A program made the translations under genes and the position numbers. From IMG/VR virus record IMGVR_UViG_3300044971_002537, positions 75,855 to 139,854 of that record: a DNA stretch of 64,000 nt, one strand, 5' to 3'. Source of the stretch: a virus. Below, one piece after another: positions 37,501-47,700 of the stretch (positions within the stretch are counted from its first letter, which is position 1; every line of letters starts with the position of its first letter). The notes beneath the pieces are model-generated. The model did no database searches and was not told the origin of the DNA. It was given only the letters and a program-made list of their open reading frames with translations.

Positions 37501-37804
37501 TAAAAATGAGAAGGCCCTTTTACAGGGGCAAGACGCCAGTCTCCAGTTATTAAAAGCGTCTGCTGATATATTTGGGAATTCTATAAAAGACATGAATACT
37601 GGATTAACTGGATTTAATAATGAGCTGAAAAATATTGTAACCTCTCTACAGAGTGGCTCTATAAGTATGAAATTAGATACCACTAATGTGGTAGTAGATA
37701 TTAGCTCTCCTGAAGGACTAGAGGCATTGTCAAAGCAGATGAGGCAAGAAATGAAGACATTGATAGCTGATCAACTATTAGCGCAGAAAACAGGAAGAGT
37801 ATAA
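31532..37804 (+). CDS. Tape measure protein with inserted accessory domains
   Basis: N-terminal TP901-type TMP core (FDKELAKLAQTVG, LAQAG, IATGLRTIFSRL); Ala/Gly-rich hydrophobic segments; long coiled coils; two GG..G.DTVPA.L.PGEFV motifs. Confidence 0.92.
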   Translation: MALYDISARLVLENVDSSSVDRAISNINSRLEKGTRTAKTFSETITLKGINLAAYTALSGVMVRLASFVSSATNDAIKFDKELAKLAQTVGVSNQDIKQHSESIRNMSVAYGLSAPKIAETIRVLAQAGYSLREAKAAADELAKTTLLASFESIANTTEGLIAINKQFTETVGQSARVLSLLNVVAKKYAVESDDLVDAAKRAGGVFAATGGSLEELVTIYTTVRDTTRESSETIATGLRTIFSRLQRPKTIDYLRQFGIELTDLKGNFIGNYEAILEIQKGIQRANIQPGSIQFAEIVEQLGGVLQQSRVIPLLTQGAKMQRIYADAQNAASETAADLAKAQETLAFKITQTQQNFSKLIGDIMDTASFKAMVSVVLSLTNAFIGFADSIKELIPLIATLGAIKLARSAFQVLPGSSFGSMRTPIKRARGGFVPGSGSGDTVPAMLEPGEFVIRKSAAQAMGADALHGINKYGFGGTVEKLSDSYKSIKTLKGFKDSSGNISALAKRKMNYTANFKNVIPNQKDIELFHKLSGPYGKRFEQVLSKSRRFKTGRPSTNPYAYVDFPYSPGGASEAKFMKEGTTYSDDDNIKGATHAGIAAKALLLSASNNANRRIRGMEIRQKDLSPKSVTTYVTDPDLWTMKRKKKVGIRRATGGGISGTDTVPALLTPGEFVVNKKSAQAFGYGNLHKVNKYAKGGTVSGIQRFFEGGVAEKDVVRAQGNVIKDLEHASRVFTGVLELMPETLQNSILSTFKGIENVQAGASPQLGSSKAFGEGTRGRATVGDSASSIGLQIQGAKTSATEETVVHEATHLGDAALGAARANKEGYAGPKLASQQEGTFQFDVVEKVKPIMQAAMEAAGHSAENIEKYLAKNEELFAEFAAKATPEVRKILFSTTDAAIGMAELRSHLEKAGSTYAGLEASDIDLRPYKSQEVRQDENLAITALNSPVNKTSSVSSRPLAKEFGPEIGRLGKSVSEEQTKLKAIQEQKAQVSTRPGESSKELGKLNEAEAKSIETIDKLNKERDALRSVIIEEKNNLTKGLKSGTASTFRESVPLAPAVNKPVVPPNPAMAAFAKMAQSGPNGPNGPNGPNGPKDNSTVEKEIEERGKNLTGTFSTLALVVSGVASQYVDQETATGRAIGGILDFVSVLSAAQLTLSQFGIDLDPKKIFDIGKDLFTGKGAKLAEQVTGGARQVGKSVFGAGKYVQGIGGKLGQGVVGKAVTGLGSQLQTVGVGVGSKTASAAIGTKVASAATAAAPFVIAGASVLAFGKGLDYLLGREQEAAKAIEEGNIAKAGETAVSVQAQNDLTALATGAAVVATAFGGPLVGAAVGVAVKLAGFIPGVEYAIGGLRNLGAELGLLESTTSIAAKAQFEAAKKNAEKTREKGQERLTKLSSKVKDKESADKVLNSSETKANVAAAIKVANEAKAVIAENDKANVKDASNLSYIKSSSRAASGAGGPLAGSLVKFLGSFVASEEETKARDEDSTKRKQESQAEAKKSLELIMPAIDFKMGESADAGKGWTEFLDSLGENKALVLASGEATNLQEKFDELAIAAKTEAAIRAVLNAQMQKQLITTTGIAEANKKAIAASELGNVVSGLASDSFRGSSLSSAASSEDIDKQSRAAEALGIKGYKENVSAVTKGKSEMTKLETAFATATPEKRQAAQDAITAKKKEIINATGGDATGLEGEALDKAYESTIEGSDKLKNSLIEAAKNTETAINSYIDSVSRASQAQTAYNEAVFNNAQAAQNRQKDLQSFKVGGSTISEIRDRKSAISTNDARANASRLNFVGTSSRLASTGIKIAQTQAQGNIVSPELANTFAALQIKAKEQADAIGLETKNRQALIEAIKEEMEIEKNRGQTFEDLNLALSGGLGKQAKKEAEKQVKAISRVEEIRKTQGDEAANAQLGKEIDRGTLNRQMYTSVIQTEESQRFNQSASMMGANRFESIAGPGAITQDSRSIATGRMTERQKQLQGEATSQTSQIDKNEKALLQGQDASLQLLKASADIFGNSIKDMNTGLTGFNNELKNIVTSLQSGSISMKLDTTNVVVDISSPEGLEALSKQMRQEMKTLIADQLLAQKTGRV
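34775..34819 (+). repeat. 9-nt tandem repeat encoding (GPN)4-GPK
   Basis: GGTCCGAAT GGCCCTAAC GGTCCGAAT GGCCCAAAT GGCCCGAAA. Confidence 0.85.
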
Positions 37805-39417
37805 TGCCAGTCATAGTAAACAATAAAAAAATTCTACCTGCCCCACTCGTTACATTTGAGAAGAATATAGAACTTTCAGATGACGGTATGCTCTTGGGGT
37901 CTTCATACAGTGTCAATTTTGACGGCACAATTTTGCAGAATAAAGGCAATCCAGTCGCTGTTACTGGAACAAACTTTAGCTCTAGTTTTTCGTCAGATCC
38001 TTGGACATCTACTCAAGACCCAAGCGATGACCCAACTCATGGAGTTTCAGAGTCAGACCTGTTAATATCTACAATCACAAAGATAGAAAGACTTAGAGAA
38101 GCTCTTACCCCAGCGACAGGCATAAAAGTAGAAATTGTAGGATTTTCTAATGACAAAGGCCTAAAGTTTTATGGGGACCTAAAAAATTTCACAGTAAATA
38201 ATGACAAGAATTGGTCTAATCCAACTAGCTATAGTTTTAGTGTAGGCTTCAATAATTTTATTGAACCCGCTAATAGCGGCCTATTCCCCAATGGTAGTTC
38301 TGAAGATAATTTTTCTTATTATGTTCAGTCAGCTTCAGATAGGTGGTCAATACAGGAATCTGATCAGGTAGTAGTAAATACTGGCAATTTTACTCAAATA
38401 TCTAAAGTCTATAATGTAACTAGGAATCTTGAGGCCAAAGGCAAAAAGGTATATAATCAGAGTGGAGTAGTTTTATTACAACCATGGCAGCAAGCGAGTG
38501 GATATGTAATATCTGTTCTTGATACTTCGGCTTCATCTTTACCAGATAGTATTCTTGGAGTGACTTCTGGGTACTCTCTAACTGGAAGAAAGATAGTAGA
38601 GAATGTAGATAAATTAGGAGGAAGCTATTCCATAGAAGAGTCTTTCATATATTTACCATCTGGCTTAATGCCATCTGGACAGTATGCCATAGAAGAGACA
38701 TCTTTATCAATTGAAAAAAGCGAATCATCAATTACTACAGTAAATTTACAAGGCACAATTGCAGGAATAGAAACTAATAATCCGTATACCGTATCTGGTA
38801 CTGGGGTATCTAAATATACTAATGCCATTAACTATTATAATAGCGTCAAGGCTAGTTTCTATAATAGAGCCAGATTAAATTCTGGGCTAAATTGGCTTCA
38901 TCCAAAAGTCAAGAGCTTTACAGAGGGCAGAAACCCATACACTGGTCAAGTAACTTACTCCTATAATTATGACGATAGACCGCCAAATTTAGTGCCGGGG
39001 AGTATTAGTGAAGACATATCTGTAAATGATACTTATCCGGGCCAATTATTTTCGGCAACACCAGTAATAGGCAGAAATCAGCCCATCTTACAATATCTTG
39101 GATCAAGAAGCGAATATAGAAGATCGTTATCTATTAGCGTTCTTATGGAAAGAGATTGGCAAAATTGGTCTTCTAGTGATGTTGATGCTTATGGTAGATG
39201 GACTACTGCTGATGTTGCTGGAGTTAGGTCTTGGTTTTCTCAAAAGCCTAGTATAACACAAACATCTTATTTTCAAGGCATATTTGATGCAATCAATCCG
39301 GCTAATGAGGTAGGGGTAGTTGCTTCTAAATGTTTTTATTCTGCTCCACAAGAATCTTGGAATCCTAAAACAGGAAACTATTCATATAATATTGAATGGA
39401 CTTACGAAAGATCATAG
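37804..39417 (+). CDS. Tail protein (distal tail/hub region)
   Basis: First gene after the TMP; beta-rich; internal repeats G.YS...(W/Y).Y. Confidence 0.65.
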   Translation: MPVIVNNKKILPAPLVTFEKNIELSDDGMLLGSSYSVNFDGTILQNKGNPVAVTGTNFSSSFSSDPWTSTQDPSDDPTHGVSESDLLISTITKIERLREALTPATGIKVEIVGFSNDKGLKFYGDLKNFTVNNDKNWSNPTSYSFSVGFNNFIEPANSGLFPNGSSEDNFSYYVQSASDRWSIQESDQVVVNTGNFTQISKVYNVTRNLEAKGKKVYNQSGVVLLQPWQQASGYVISVLDTSASSLPDSILGVTSGYSLTGRKIVENVDKLGGSYSIEESFIYLPSGLMPSGQYAIEETSLSIEKSESSITTVNLQGTIAGIETNNPYTVSGTGVSKYTNAINYYNSVKASFYNRARLNSGLNWLHPKVKSFTEGRNPYTGQVTYSYNYDDRPPNLVPGSISEDISVNDTYPGQLFSATPVIGRNQPILQYLGSRSEYRRSLSISVLMERDWQNWSSSDVDAYGRWTTADVAGVRSWFSQKPSITQTSYFQGIFDAINPANEVGVVASKCFYSAPQESWNPKTGNYSYNIEWTYERS

Positions 39418-39426
39418 GAAAGACGT

Positions 39427-42400
39427 ATGGAAAATATTTTACCATTTGGTTCTGGAATTGAATCTAGTATCCCAGTTCAAAAATTTATGGGATGTACTGT
39501 AGCTAGCTTCAATTGTTCGGCAGATTTCTCGTCTCAACCCGGATCATGCTCTATAGATCTAATAGTTGACGATACAGATGGCGATGTATTCTCTCCCGGA
39601 GTAATTGGATCTCCATATTTTTTTAAGATCGTAGATTATAATTCTGCGACTATATTTGGATTCAATGGAATTCTTGAGTCTGTCACTAGAGATTCAAGTC
39701 CAGAGGGCAAATTTTACAGAGTGGAGCTACTAAGCCCGCTTAAGATATTGGAAGCAGTTACGCTAATTATTGATGGGTACACAGGATATGGGTCTGCTCT
39801 AGAAGGGCTTCCTAGATACTTCTCTGATGACGGATATTATCAGATTGAAGACTCAGATAAACAACCGGGATATATTCCAGATGGAGTTAGTATGACTCCA
39901 ACAGTAAGCTATTTTGAAACTGCTCAATTCTCATTCGCAACCAATAACGCTAATCTGTCTTTTACTGGAATGTGGAATAGGTTATATAATCTAATAAATG
40001 TTTTTGCTGCATATGAAAACGAGTGGGTAGATTCAAATGGTAATTCTCTTGCGATAGTGCCTTTTGCTGGATTTGGAGCTTCAAGTGTAACTTCTGGAAT
40101 GAGGGTAGACAAAATAGCTTATGCTATTGATGAGATAGTTAATAGGACCGAATCTTCCTCGCCAAGAAGATATATAGGTGGTAATTTAATGTATGGAGCC
40201 AACACATACAATATATGTGGTACGGCCAATGGATACGTTCCCCCATATCCATTTTACTATGGATTTGATATCATAGGATTTACTTCTCAGGCATTGAATT
40301 ATCTTCCTGAAGATTTTGTAATTCCCGGTCCATCTATTTCAATTGCTGAATTTATTTCCATAATATGCGATACCATAAGTGCTGATTTCATAGTAGAACT
40401 AAATGATTATAGCTATAAGGATGGTGCATTTGCAGCATCTATGAGTCAGACGTATCCAAATTCAGTTTTCGGTGGTATAATTTCCATTCTGCTTATTCCA
40501 AGAAGTCAATATGTAACATGCAATAAGCCATTTAGTCAATTCACTTATGACTTATTGAATCTTGAAAAACCAGACACTGGAGACTATGGAACTCTTGGCA
40601 GCATAAATCCCGGTATAGCTCCGCAAAATGATGGGAGATTTATAAATCCATTAGATCTAGATTATAGTAGAAGAGGAGCAGAAGGATCTTCTCCATATGG
40701 AGGGAGTTTTCCAGTAACTCCAACCCCATATCAAATACTTAATAATATAACAAATAGGCCAATAAATTTAAGCCTATCACTAAAGTCAACCAATCCAACT
40801 GTGGGCAAAATGGTTGTTGGTGGATTTCAGACTAGAATGAATGTTGTACCAAGAGATTTCATATATCAATATTGGGGAGAAATAACTCTAGTTACATCGT
40901 CTGGTGATGCGTGCGGTATAACCTCAAGCTCACAAAAATCAATCCCAATAATAACTCAGACACTCCCCCCCAATGACATATGGGATTGGGTGGCTATAGA
41001 TATGCAGCATATTTTTTCCAGCAAAACTATTACAGGTGTCTGCTATGATGGTATTTATTTTGCCAGTATGTTAGAGATAAGAGCTGCTATGTGCTCCTAT
41101 GAATCTTGGGAAGAGTTCATGTCTTCCATAAAGCCTCATAAGTGGATGGTATTGAGTGGTGGTGGACTTAATCAAATTAACAATGAGACTTTTAAATCCG
41201 CCGTCGCGACTGTTGCTAAATATATGGCGTTTAGAGGCTTGAGAAGTGCTAATACTTCTCAGGTGGATTTTTCATTTCCAGAAGATGACGATACGATAAA
41301 AAAGATCTGGGAAAAAGTGAAAGACATTGGGGACACGCACTATGGAAAAAGTTGGGTAGCTCCAATTCCTGTCTTTAAGACAAAATTGACCCAAGACAAT
41401 CAGAGCTTAGTTGGTAACTTTGTCAGGTCTTGGGACGTAAGCTCTTCTGCATATGTAGAACCATATGCTTTTGACGAAATAGAGGCTCCAAAAGACTCAA
41501 AGTTTATAGAAGATGGTAAACTGAAACCATTTGCTAGTTTTGAGCATTCTTTTACTGCTGGTGGAAGCGATGATCTTGTTTATGGATTATTAACTGGAGA
41601 CATATCCGGATTCGCGTCTGGTGTAAAGTATAAATTTGACTTTTCTGAACATGGCGATAATACAGTTTTTGATCTTGATCCATCTGCATCTGGAGCATGC
41701 GCAAAAGTAGGAATGGCGTATACCTCGCCTGAGATATCTGAAAAATATCTATTTATTCCATCTCAATATTTCAGCTATTACAACAGGGGGCATTGTCCGT
41801 TTTTTGAAGCCGAAAGTAATGGGTTAGGATCTGCTGTTGAAGGAAATCTTGGAAGCTATTATATGTATACATATAATTTTTCAGGAAAAACTGTCAGCAG
41901 GCAAGATGAAAGTTTATTACCTAATAATGTTATGAGTAATGCAGGAGCAAAAGATTTTGCTTCAGCGAATAATACACAATCAGCTATTTCTATAGAAAAG
42001 GCTAATCAATCTCAGTATAGTTATACGACCGTATATACACCGCCATCTGGAATATTCAGCCATAATGTGCATTCTTCTGGATATTATACTCAAGTACTGC
42101 AAAGTTTTGATCAAAATAATAAAGTAGTATATTTAAATCTTGTAGAACCAGCAGATATTAATTATACTGCGCATTTTTCTTTTCATTATTCAGGGACTGC
42201 CCTAAAAGATATTTTGTATGGAATTAAAAATAACCCAGCTAATGACACTGGCTCTGGATTACCTTTTATAAAATTTACGACTGAACCAGTATATTATCCG
42301 TCTAGTTTTCAGCATTCTGGAGTTAATCCACTATCTGGACAATATGTTGACGACATTTCTGATCTGATTAAGGAAAAATCATTATCGCTAATACCAGAAT

Positions 42401-42987
42401 CTAGATTTAAGGAATTTGGAGACAACTTTGGTAGTAATTGTGTTTCTAGACCAGCAGTATCTCCAAGATCTATTGGTATACCACAAAAATCTAATAGGTA
42501 CGTATATGGGCCTTGGATAACAAATTTTTCTGAAACTATATATTGTGGAAAATTTGAGTATGAACAAGATGAAGAATTAGTTCCTGAAAACTTTATGATA
42601 CCTGTATATGGAACAATAAATACAAATTGGCAAATAGTAGATTCTGATGGGAGTGTAAGTAGAAATATAGAATCAGTTAAGGGCACATCATTATCTGGTT
42701 TTGCTGGAATGAATCTAGCTGGACAAGCTATTGCAAATAGTATTGATGATTTTTCTTTGTTCGCTCAAGAAGAAGGTAATTTAACCTTAAAAGGTTTGCC
42801 TATAATACAGCGTGTTGGTCAAACTTTGTTAAATGGTCCGAGAATAACAGATATAAGTATAAGCTTTAATAACAGTGAAGTTAGTACTACATATAATTTT
42901 AGGACTTTGTCCCCAAGAGTTGGTAAAAGTAGTAAAGAACTACTAAAGCAATTAAGAAAAATATCTAACACATTAAGGAATAAATAA
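39427..42987 (+). CDS. Large tail-tip/hub protein
   Basis: 1186 aa; F.G..V..F....F....S...DL.D N-terminus and GP.ITDISISF....V.TTY.F.T C-terminus; position. Confidence 0.6.
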   Translation: MENILPFGSGIESSIPVQKFMGCTVASFNCSADFSSQPGSCSIDLIVDDTDGDVFSPGVIGSPYFFKIVDYNSATIFGFNGILESVTRDSSPEGKFYRVELLSPLKILEAVTLIIDGYTGYGSALEGLPRYFSDDGYYQIEDSDKQPGYIPDGVSMTPTVSYFETAQFSFATNNANLSFTGMWNRLYNLINVFAAYENEWVDSNGNSLAIVPFAGFGASSVTSGMRVDKIAYAIDEIVNRTESSSPRRYIGGNLMYGANTYNICGTANGYVPPYPFYYGFDIIGFTSQALNYLPEDFVIPGPSISIAEFISIICDTISADFIVELNDYSYKDGAFAASMSQTYPNSVFGGIISILLIPRSQYVTCNKPFSQFTYDLLNLEKPDTGDYGTLGSINPGIAPQNDGRFINPLDLDYSRRGAEGSSPYGGSFPVTPTPYQILNNITNRPINLSLSLKSTNPTVGKMVVGGFQTRMNVVPRDFIYQYWGEITLVTSSGDACGITSSSQKSIPIITQTLPPNDIWDWVAIDMQHIFSSKTITGVCYDGIYFASMLEIRAAMCSYESWEEFMSSIKPHKWMVLSGGGLNQINNETFKSAVATVAKYMAFRGLRSANTSQVDFSFPEDDDTIKKIWEKVKDIGDTHYGKSWVAPIPVFKTKLTQDNQSLVGNFVRSWDVSSSAYVEPYAFDEIEAPKDSKFIEDGKLKPFASFEHSFTAGGSDDLVYGLLTGDISGFASGVKYKFDFSEHGDNTVFDLDPSASGACAKVGMAYTSPEISEKYLFIPSQYFSYYNRGHCPFFEAESNGLGSAVEGNLGSYYMYTYNFSGKTVSRQDESLLPNNVMSNAGAKDFASANNTQSAISIEKANQSQYSYTTVYTPPSGIFSHNVHSSGYYTQVLQSFDQNNKVVYLNLVEPADINYTAHFSFHYSGTALKDILYGIKNNPANDTGSGLPFIKFTTEPVYYPSSFQHSGVNPLSGQYVDDISDLIKEKSLSLIPESRFKEFGDNFGSNCVSRPAVSPRSIGIPQKSNRYVYGPWITNFSETIYCGKFEYEQDEELVPENFMIPVYGTINTNWQIVDSDGSVSRNIESVKGTSLSGFAGMNLAGQAIANSIDDFSLFAQEEGNLTLKGLPIIQRVGQTLLNGPRITDISISFNNSEVSTTYNFRTLSPRVGKSSKELLKQLRKISNTLRNK

Positions 42988-44651
42988 TGGAAAGGGACTT
43001 AATAGGTAGGCCACAGTTTATAGTATCTACGGCTGTAGACTTTGTTAGATCTAGTGGAGACGCATTAGCCAGTGGAACAGATAGACAAAACTTTTTTAAT
43101 TTTTATACGTCGTTTGTAGACTCTAACTATTTCGATCAGTATACAAGATTGATAAATTCTTCTGGCAATAAAGATATGCTAGATAGAGTTGGAGCTATAA
43201 GTTTAGATGGTTTATTTGTACCATATTCTACTCACATTGAGCATACTGGATCGTTGCCACATTTTGAAAGTCCTACAGAGAGCGGGGAAGGAGTAGTTAA
43301 TGTAAATTCTTTAAATCCATTTAACCCGTCGAATATGTTTGGTACTGGAATATTATCGACTGGAATTACTGATAGCGGAACTTACAATCAGGATGTGTGG
43401 GCTTCTGGAGGTCACAACATACTTGCAGCAATTACTTCAAGTAAATATAGCACAGACAACTCTATAGAGTCTGGAGTACATCCATCAGATCATTATTTTG
43501 ATGCTGATTTCTACTATAGAAAGAAGACAGAACTACTTGATATTAGGAGCATAGCCCACAGAGCCCCACTTATCCTTAGTGGCCCCGGCTACGATATTGA
43601 CGGGAATCCGGTCCCCACGGGGGCTGATGGTGCGATGCATCCTCAGGCTTACTCGAATCCTTCCCTCTGGAAAACTGGCCCTCTGGACGTTCGCTGGGAC
43701 CAATCCAGAGCCGTCTGGAGTGCTGGGACTTCTACCAAGGTCTTCTTATCAAAAGTTACGAATACCTACAATCCGCCAAACTTTTCTTATGAGGTTGAAC
43801 GAAGTAATTCGAGGGACCAGTTCACCAGATCAGGTCCAGAGATGATGAGGCAATTCTCATCTACTGGAGTAATTTATGATCCAGAATATGTTGCGTATAC
43901 TGGTAATCCTAATAACGTTGGCACCTATGAACAATTAGACTATACTGGGCTTGAGTTCCCGCACTACGAGGCCTTTATCATCAGAGAAACTATTGATGAT
44001 GTCGGTCAGGCCTACTATAATATTTGGAATGAAGATTGTCAAGATTGTGGACATGTGTCCAACCCATGCCCATCTGGTGATCGAATAGGGGGACACGGAA
44101 CTGCATCAGTAAATAAGAAGATTTTGATTGAGAACCCTCTTAAGCAAAACTTGGATACTGGAGATCTTTGTTTCACTATGAAAACTGGCCGATCCAAGAA
44201 TGTGAATACTGGGAGTTTTGTTGGGGGCTCCGGCGTTGGGGCCTCGGGGAATGTGGTGACCAACTCCTCTGGTATTGCAGTCTTTCAGGTGGCTAATGGT
44301 GGAAGTGGATATACCTATGGGGGATTTGGTATAATTAATTCAGGTATATGTGCCTCGGTTTCTTTATCATTTACTGACGGAGTTATGACTACAGGGACTG
44401 TGAGTCCAAATAGTGGGTTTCCACGTAGCAAGACTTACTCGGTGTCTATTTATCCTACCAATGCGACTGTAGAGACTGAGAGCCTCGATATTCACTGGAT
44501 CATGAATTCTGAATATAAAACGCAACAAGTTGTTACCCATGTGGCTTGTGATGGAGGACTGCTGCAGACTTGTAGCGTAAAGATTCAGAGCCAAGGCTTT
44601 AAATCTTGTGAGTGGTGTGGCGAGGACACAGCCCTATCGAACGCCTTTTGA
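42987..44651 (+). CDS. Tail-tip protein
   Basis: TAATG coupling; RAPLIL.G.GYD.DG.PVP and W.TGPLD.RWD motifs; V.NGGSGYT fibre motif; Cys-containing C-terminus. Confidence 0.55.
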   Translation: MERDLIGRPQFIVSTAVDFVRSSGDALASGTDRQNFFNFYTSFVDSNYFDQYTRLINSSGNKDMLDRVGAISLDGLFVPYSTHIEHTGSLPHFESPTESGEGVVNVNSLNPFNPSNMFGTGILSTGITDSGTYNQDVWASGGHNILAAITSSKYSTDNSIESGVHPSDHYFDADFYYRKKTELLDIRSIAHRAPLILSGPGYDIDGNPVPTGADGAMHPQAYSNPSLWKTGPLDVRWDQSRAVWSAGTSTKVFLSKVTNTYNPPNFSYEVERSNSRDQFTRSGPEMMRQFSSTGVIYDPEYVAYTGNPNNVGTYEQLDYTGLEFPHYEAFIIRETIDDVGQAYYNIWNEDCQDCGHVSNPCPSGDRIGGHGTASVNKKILIENPLKQNLDTGDLCFTMKTGRSKNVNTGSFVGGSGVGASGNVVTNSSGIAVFQVANGGSGYTYGGFGIINSGICASVSLSFTDGVMTTGTVSPNSGFPRSKTYSVSIYPTNATVETESLDIHWIMNSEYKTQQVVTHVACDGGLLQTCSVKIQSQGFKSCEWCGEDTALSNAF

Positions 44652-44652
44652 T

Positions 44653-44680
44653 TTATTACTTATTACTTATTACTTATTTC
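44653..44680 (+). repeat. 7-nt tandem repeat (TTATTAC)x3 plus TTATTTC
   Basis: Directly after the stop of the 554-aa tail gene, in an AT-rich gap. Confidence 0.8.
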
Positions 44681-44788
44681 AAATGAACGTGATAAATTAA
44701 AAGAATCTTCACCGCAATTAGCATATGAAAAATTCATAAATAAACTTAGGAACATAGCCAGCAATCTTCTGGCTGATTAGGACATACA

Positions 44789-47700
44789 ATGGCCGATATG
44801 CTATCTGGGTGCTACGAATGTAGCAGAAACTGCATCAATGACCAGTTCTGTGGTCAGGACGGCACTATCTCTTTACCGAAGCAGCTCAAGATCAGAGTTA
44901 TTGCCAATCCTACCTTCTGGGGCTTCAATGATGGAAGTGGCAACGTATTAACAAGTGGCACAGCCATCTTCTCAAATGGCCACTACGACTTCTTCGATGG
45001 GTATGATGAGCTACACTTCGCCACCAAGCAATGCGGTACTCTAGGGCCAGTTCAGGGTCCATTTAGAGACGAACAACGACCAGACGTACTATATAGGTCC
45101 GTTTACGACCCAGACGATCCTACTGCCGATGAATTTTCTGGGCTGAAACACTATAACGGTGCCACTAGGGATGACATAGAGCGTGGTGGGGCTGAGGTTT
45201 ACCTGATTGATAGGGCCGGTACGGCCACTTCAGATCTTGAATCATGCGACCAATCAGATCCTACCAAGGTATACAAGAAGTTCCCAGAAAATTTCGGCTA
45301 TGGGACCAAAATCTCAACTACGGACACCATCTTTAAGAACAAGACTGGGGCTTGGAGATACATATCACAAGACGTATGCTATGACAATATCTATATGGAC
45401 TCTAGCGTAGTTTCGGAGTGTGATGGTTCTCCGAAACAAGAGATTCTGAGAGGTGATAATTTTGGCCTAGAATATGACCCATTCCAGATCCGTGTATCGG
45501 GAGAGCGGGGCTGCGTCCAAGATGGATCAATTCCGTCTTTATATAAAGGAGAAGCTTATGTTTACCGAAGTGGTGGGATCGAAGACTTCCTTCATTTAGG
45601 TTTAATCTATAATAGTGGAGTGGCTTCGGGCATAGCCGATGGTATGGCTCTTGGTGTATATGGCTCATATCTAGATGGGGGATACAGAGTCTTTGGAGTG
45701 ACTCACTCAAGTGGGGTAACCGACTGTAAGGTTGTTGGCACGTTGGGTAGTGGCGAGGTATTAGAAACTGGGCACCGCTGGTCGGCCCTTGGAACGTCAG
45801 ACCCGAATACGTGTTGCGGTGGAGCAGCCCACAACATATCGAATGACACCAAAAGGCCCAATAGTGTCAAAAACTATCACTCAGATCTTGGCCGAATTTT
45901 CAATAATAATAAAAACAAGCTTCAGGCCAATAGGTTCCCAGAAAATAGATATACATACGGGTTGGGGACCACTAGCCAGATCAATCCCGCCAACTCGTTT
46001 AGGGTCAACAAAACCATTCCAGATGTGACTGAGACTGGTGTACTTCTTGAGAGTGGTTATCCGGTATTCTCACAAGAGCACCCATACTATGGGGCATTCT
46101 TTGACATAGACAAATATGATACGTCCGTTCGGGTAGATGGAAAATATAACAAAACCCAAGGAAATAATGGGACTTGCTACAGTAAGAAGGCCTCATTATC
46201 GGTATACCCAGATTGTATTACTCAGTATTCCGAAAGATTTCAAGAATGTGATGGGCCATACAAACAAATTACTAATATGATTAGTAGATTAGCCATTGTT
46301 TATCGTGGCTGTAATTTCGATGATGGTTGCACATATAGTGAATCAGGACACCCATATTTTGCCCCTACGGGGGTAGAAGACTTAAGAAAGGGGTTGTCTG
46401 GTCAAGAGATTTATATGTACATCAATCTCTCAAACGTGTGGGGGCCTAAGACCAAACCACAAGACGTCTGCGGCTGTGGAGACGATGTTCCACCGGGTCT
46501 CAGAGATCCTATTTTTGTCGAAGTTCCATCTCCTGTTACCTTTCCAACATTCCCAAAGTTTGACCTGTATCCCGAGGATTACGGATGTAATGACATATTG
46601 TGGCAATATAAATGGGCGTCAGAATGTGAAGGGGGAAGCTTAAGTGAGTGCCCTATCCCGTCATCAGATTATGCTTGTCTTCCCAAGCAGCCATATACTA
46701 CCTATGGTTTCATTCGTAATCTTTGCGGAAATGAATATCATGATCGTAGAGAGGTAATCACCTCTGCATTTGCGAACTTAGTACAAGCCGGGGATTATAG
46801 GAATACTGGAGTAGCTCCCACAGATCCTCAACCCATGTATTGGCAATTCAATAATCCATATACACTAGAAAGTGGACAGGTAGGAGGGTTCTCTGCATCA
46901 GGAAATTATCCATTCTGGGGAGTTTCTGATAGTCAGGGAAGAGTAGTATCGCCGTACTTCCGACCCAAGCCAGCTATTGCTTATGGACTGGCGTGTGATG
47001 GACCCCCTCCTGAGTATCCATACTTAGATTTTGATCTTTGCTCAACCAGAGCCAGTGGATGGCCGACAGACAAAGTTCCATTCTTGGTGGAGATTGATCA
47101 TACAGATGATTGTGTCGGATGCGGAAGCATTGAGGCTGCACAAACTGACCTAATATTAGAAACCGCTGGGCTAAATACCAGTTTCTCTCATGCTAGAGGA
47201 GAAAAGTATGGATGGAATCATTGCACTTATAAGGGGACCAACTTTGATCCAACATACTCATGTGAGACTGGATTTGGTGTACCATGTGACGGACTAGTTA
47301 GTGGAATAGATTTGACAAGCTCGTACGTTGGCAATACGTGTTCGTGCATAGCAAATCAATTTGATCTTATGAATATAAAGCTCAGAGGAAGCAATATCTC
47401 TGCAGGATGGACAACTTGGAATATAAATAACTCATACATCAATGTGCCAGATTGTGCTCAGGATAGACTGAATGATTATTTCACGCCTGCTCCAACGGTT
47501 AGGTCTCCCGGATTTTCTGTCTATGCATCATTTAAGTTAGCATGCGAGGGGGCTCACGATCATTTAATACCTCCAGACGCTACTGGGATTATAAGGAATT
47601 ACTTAACCCTATCTCAAATTACTGGGGCTAGTAATGTTTTAGATGTAATGTATGAAAATGCTGGCTGCGGCCATCATTTCCCTTCGGCTGCGTCTGATCT

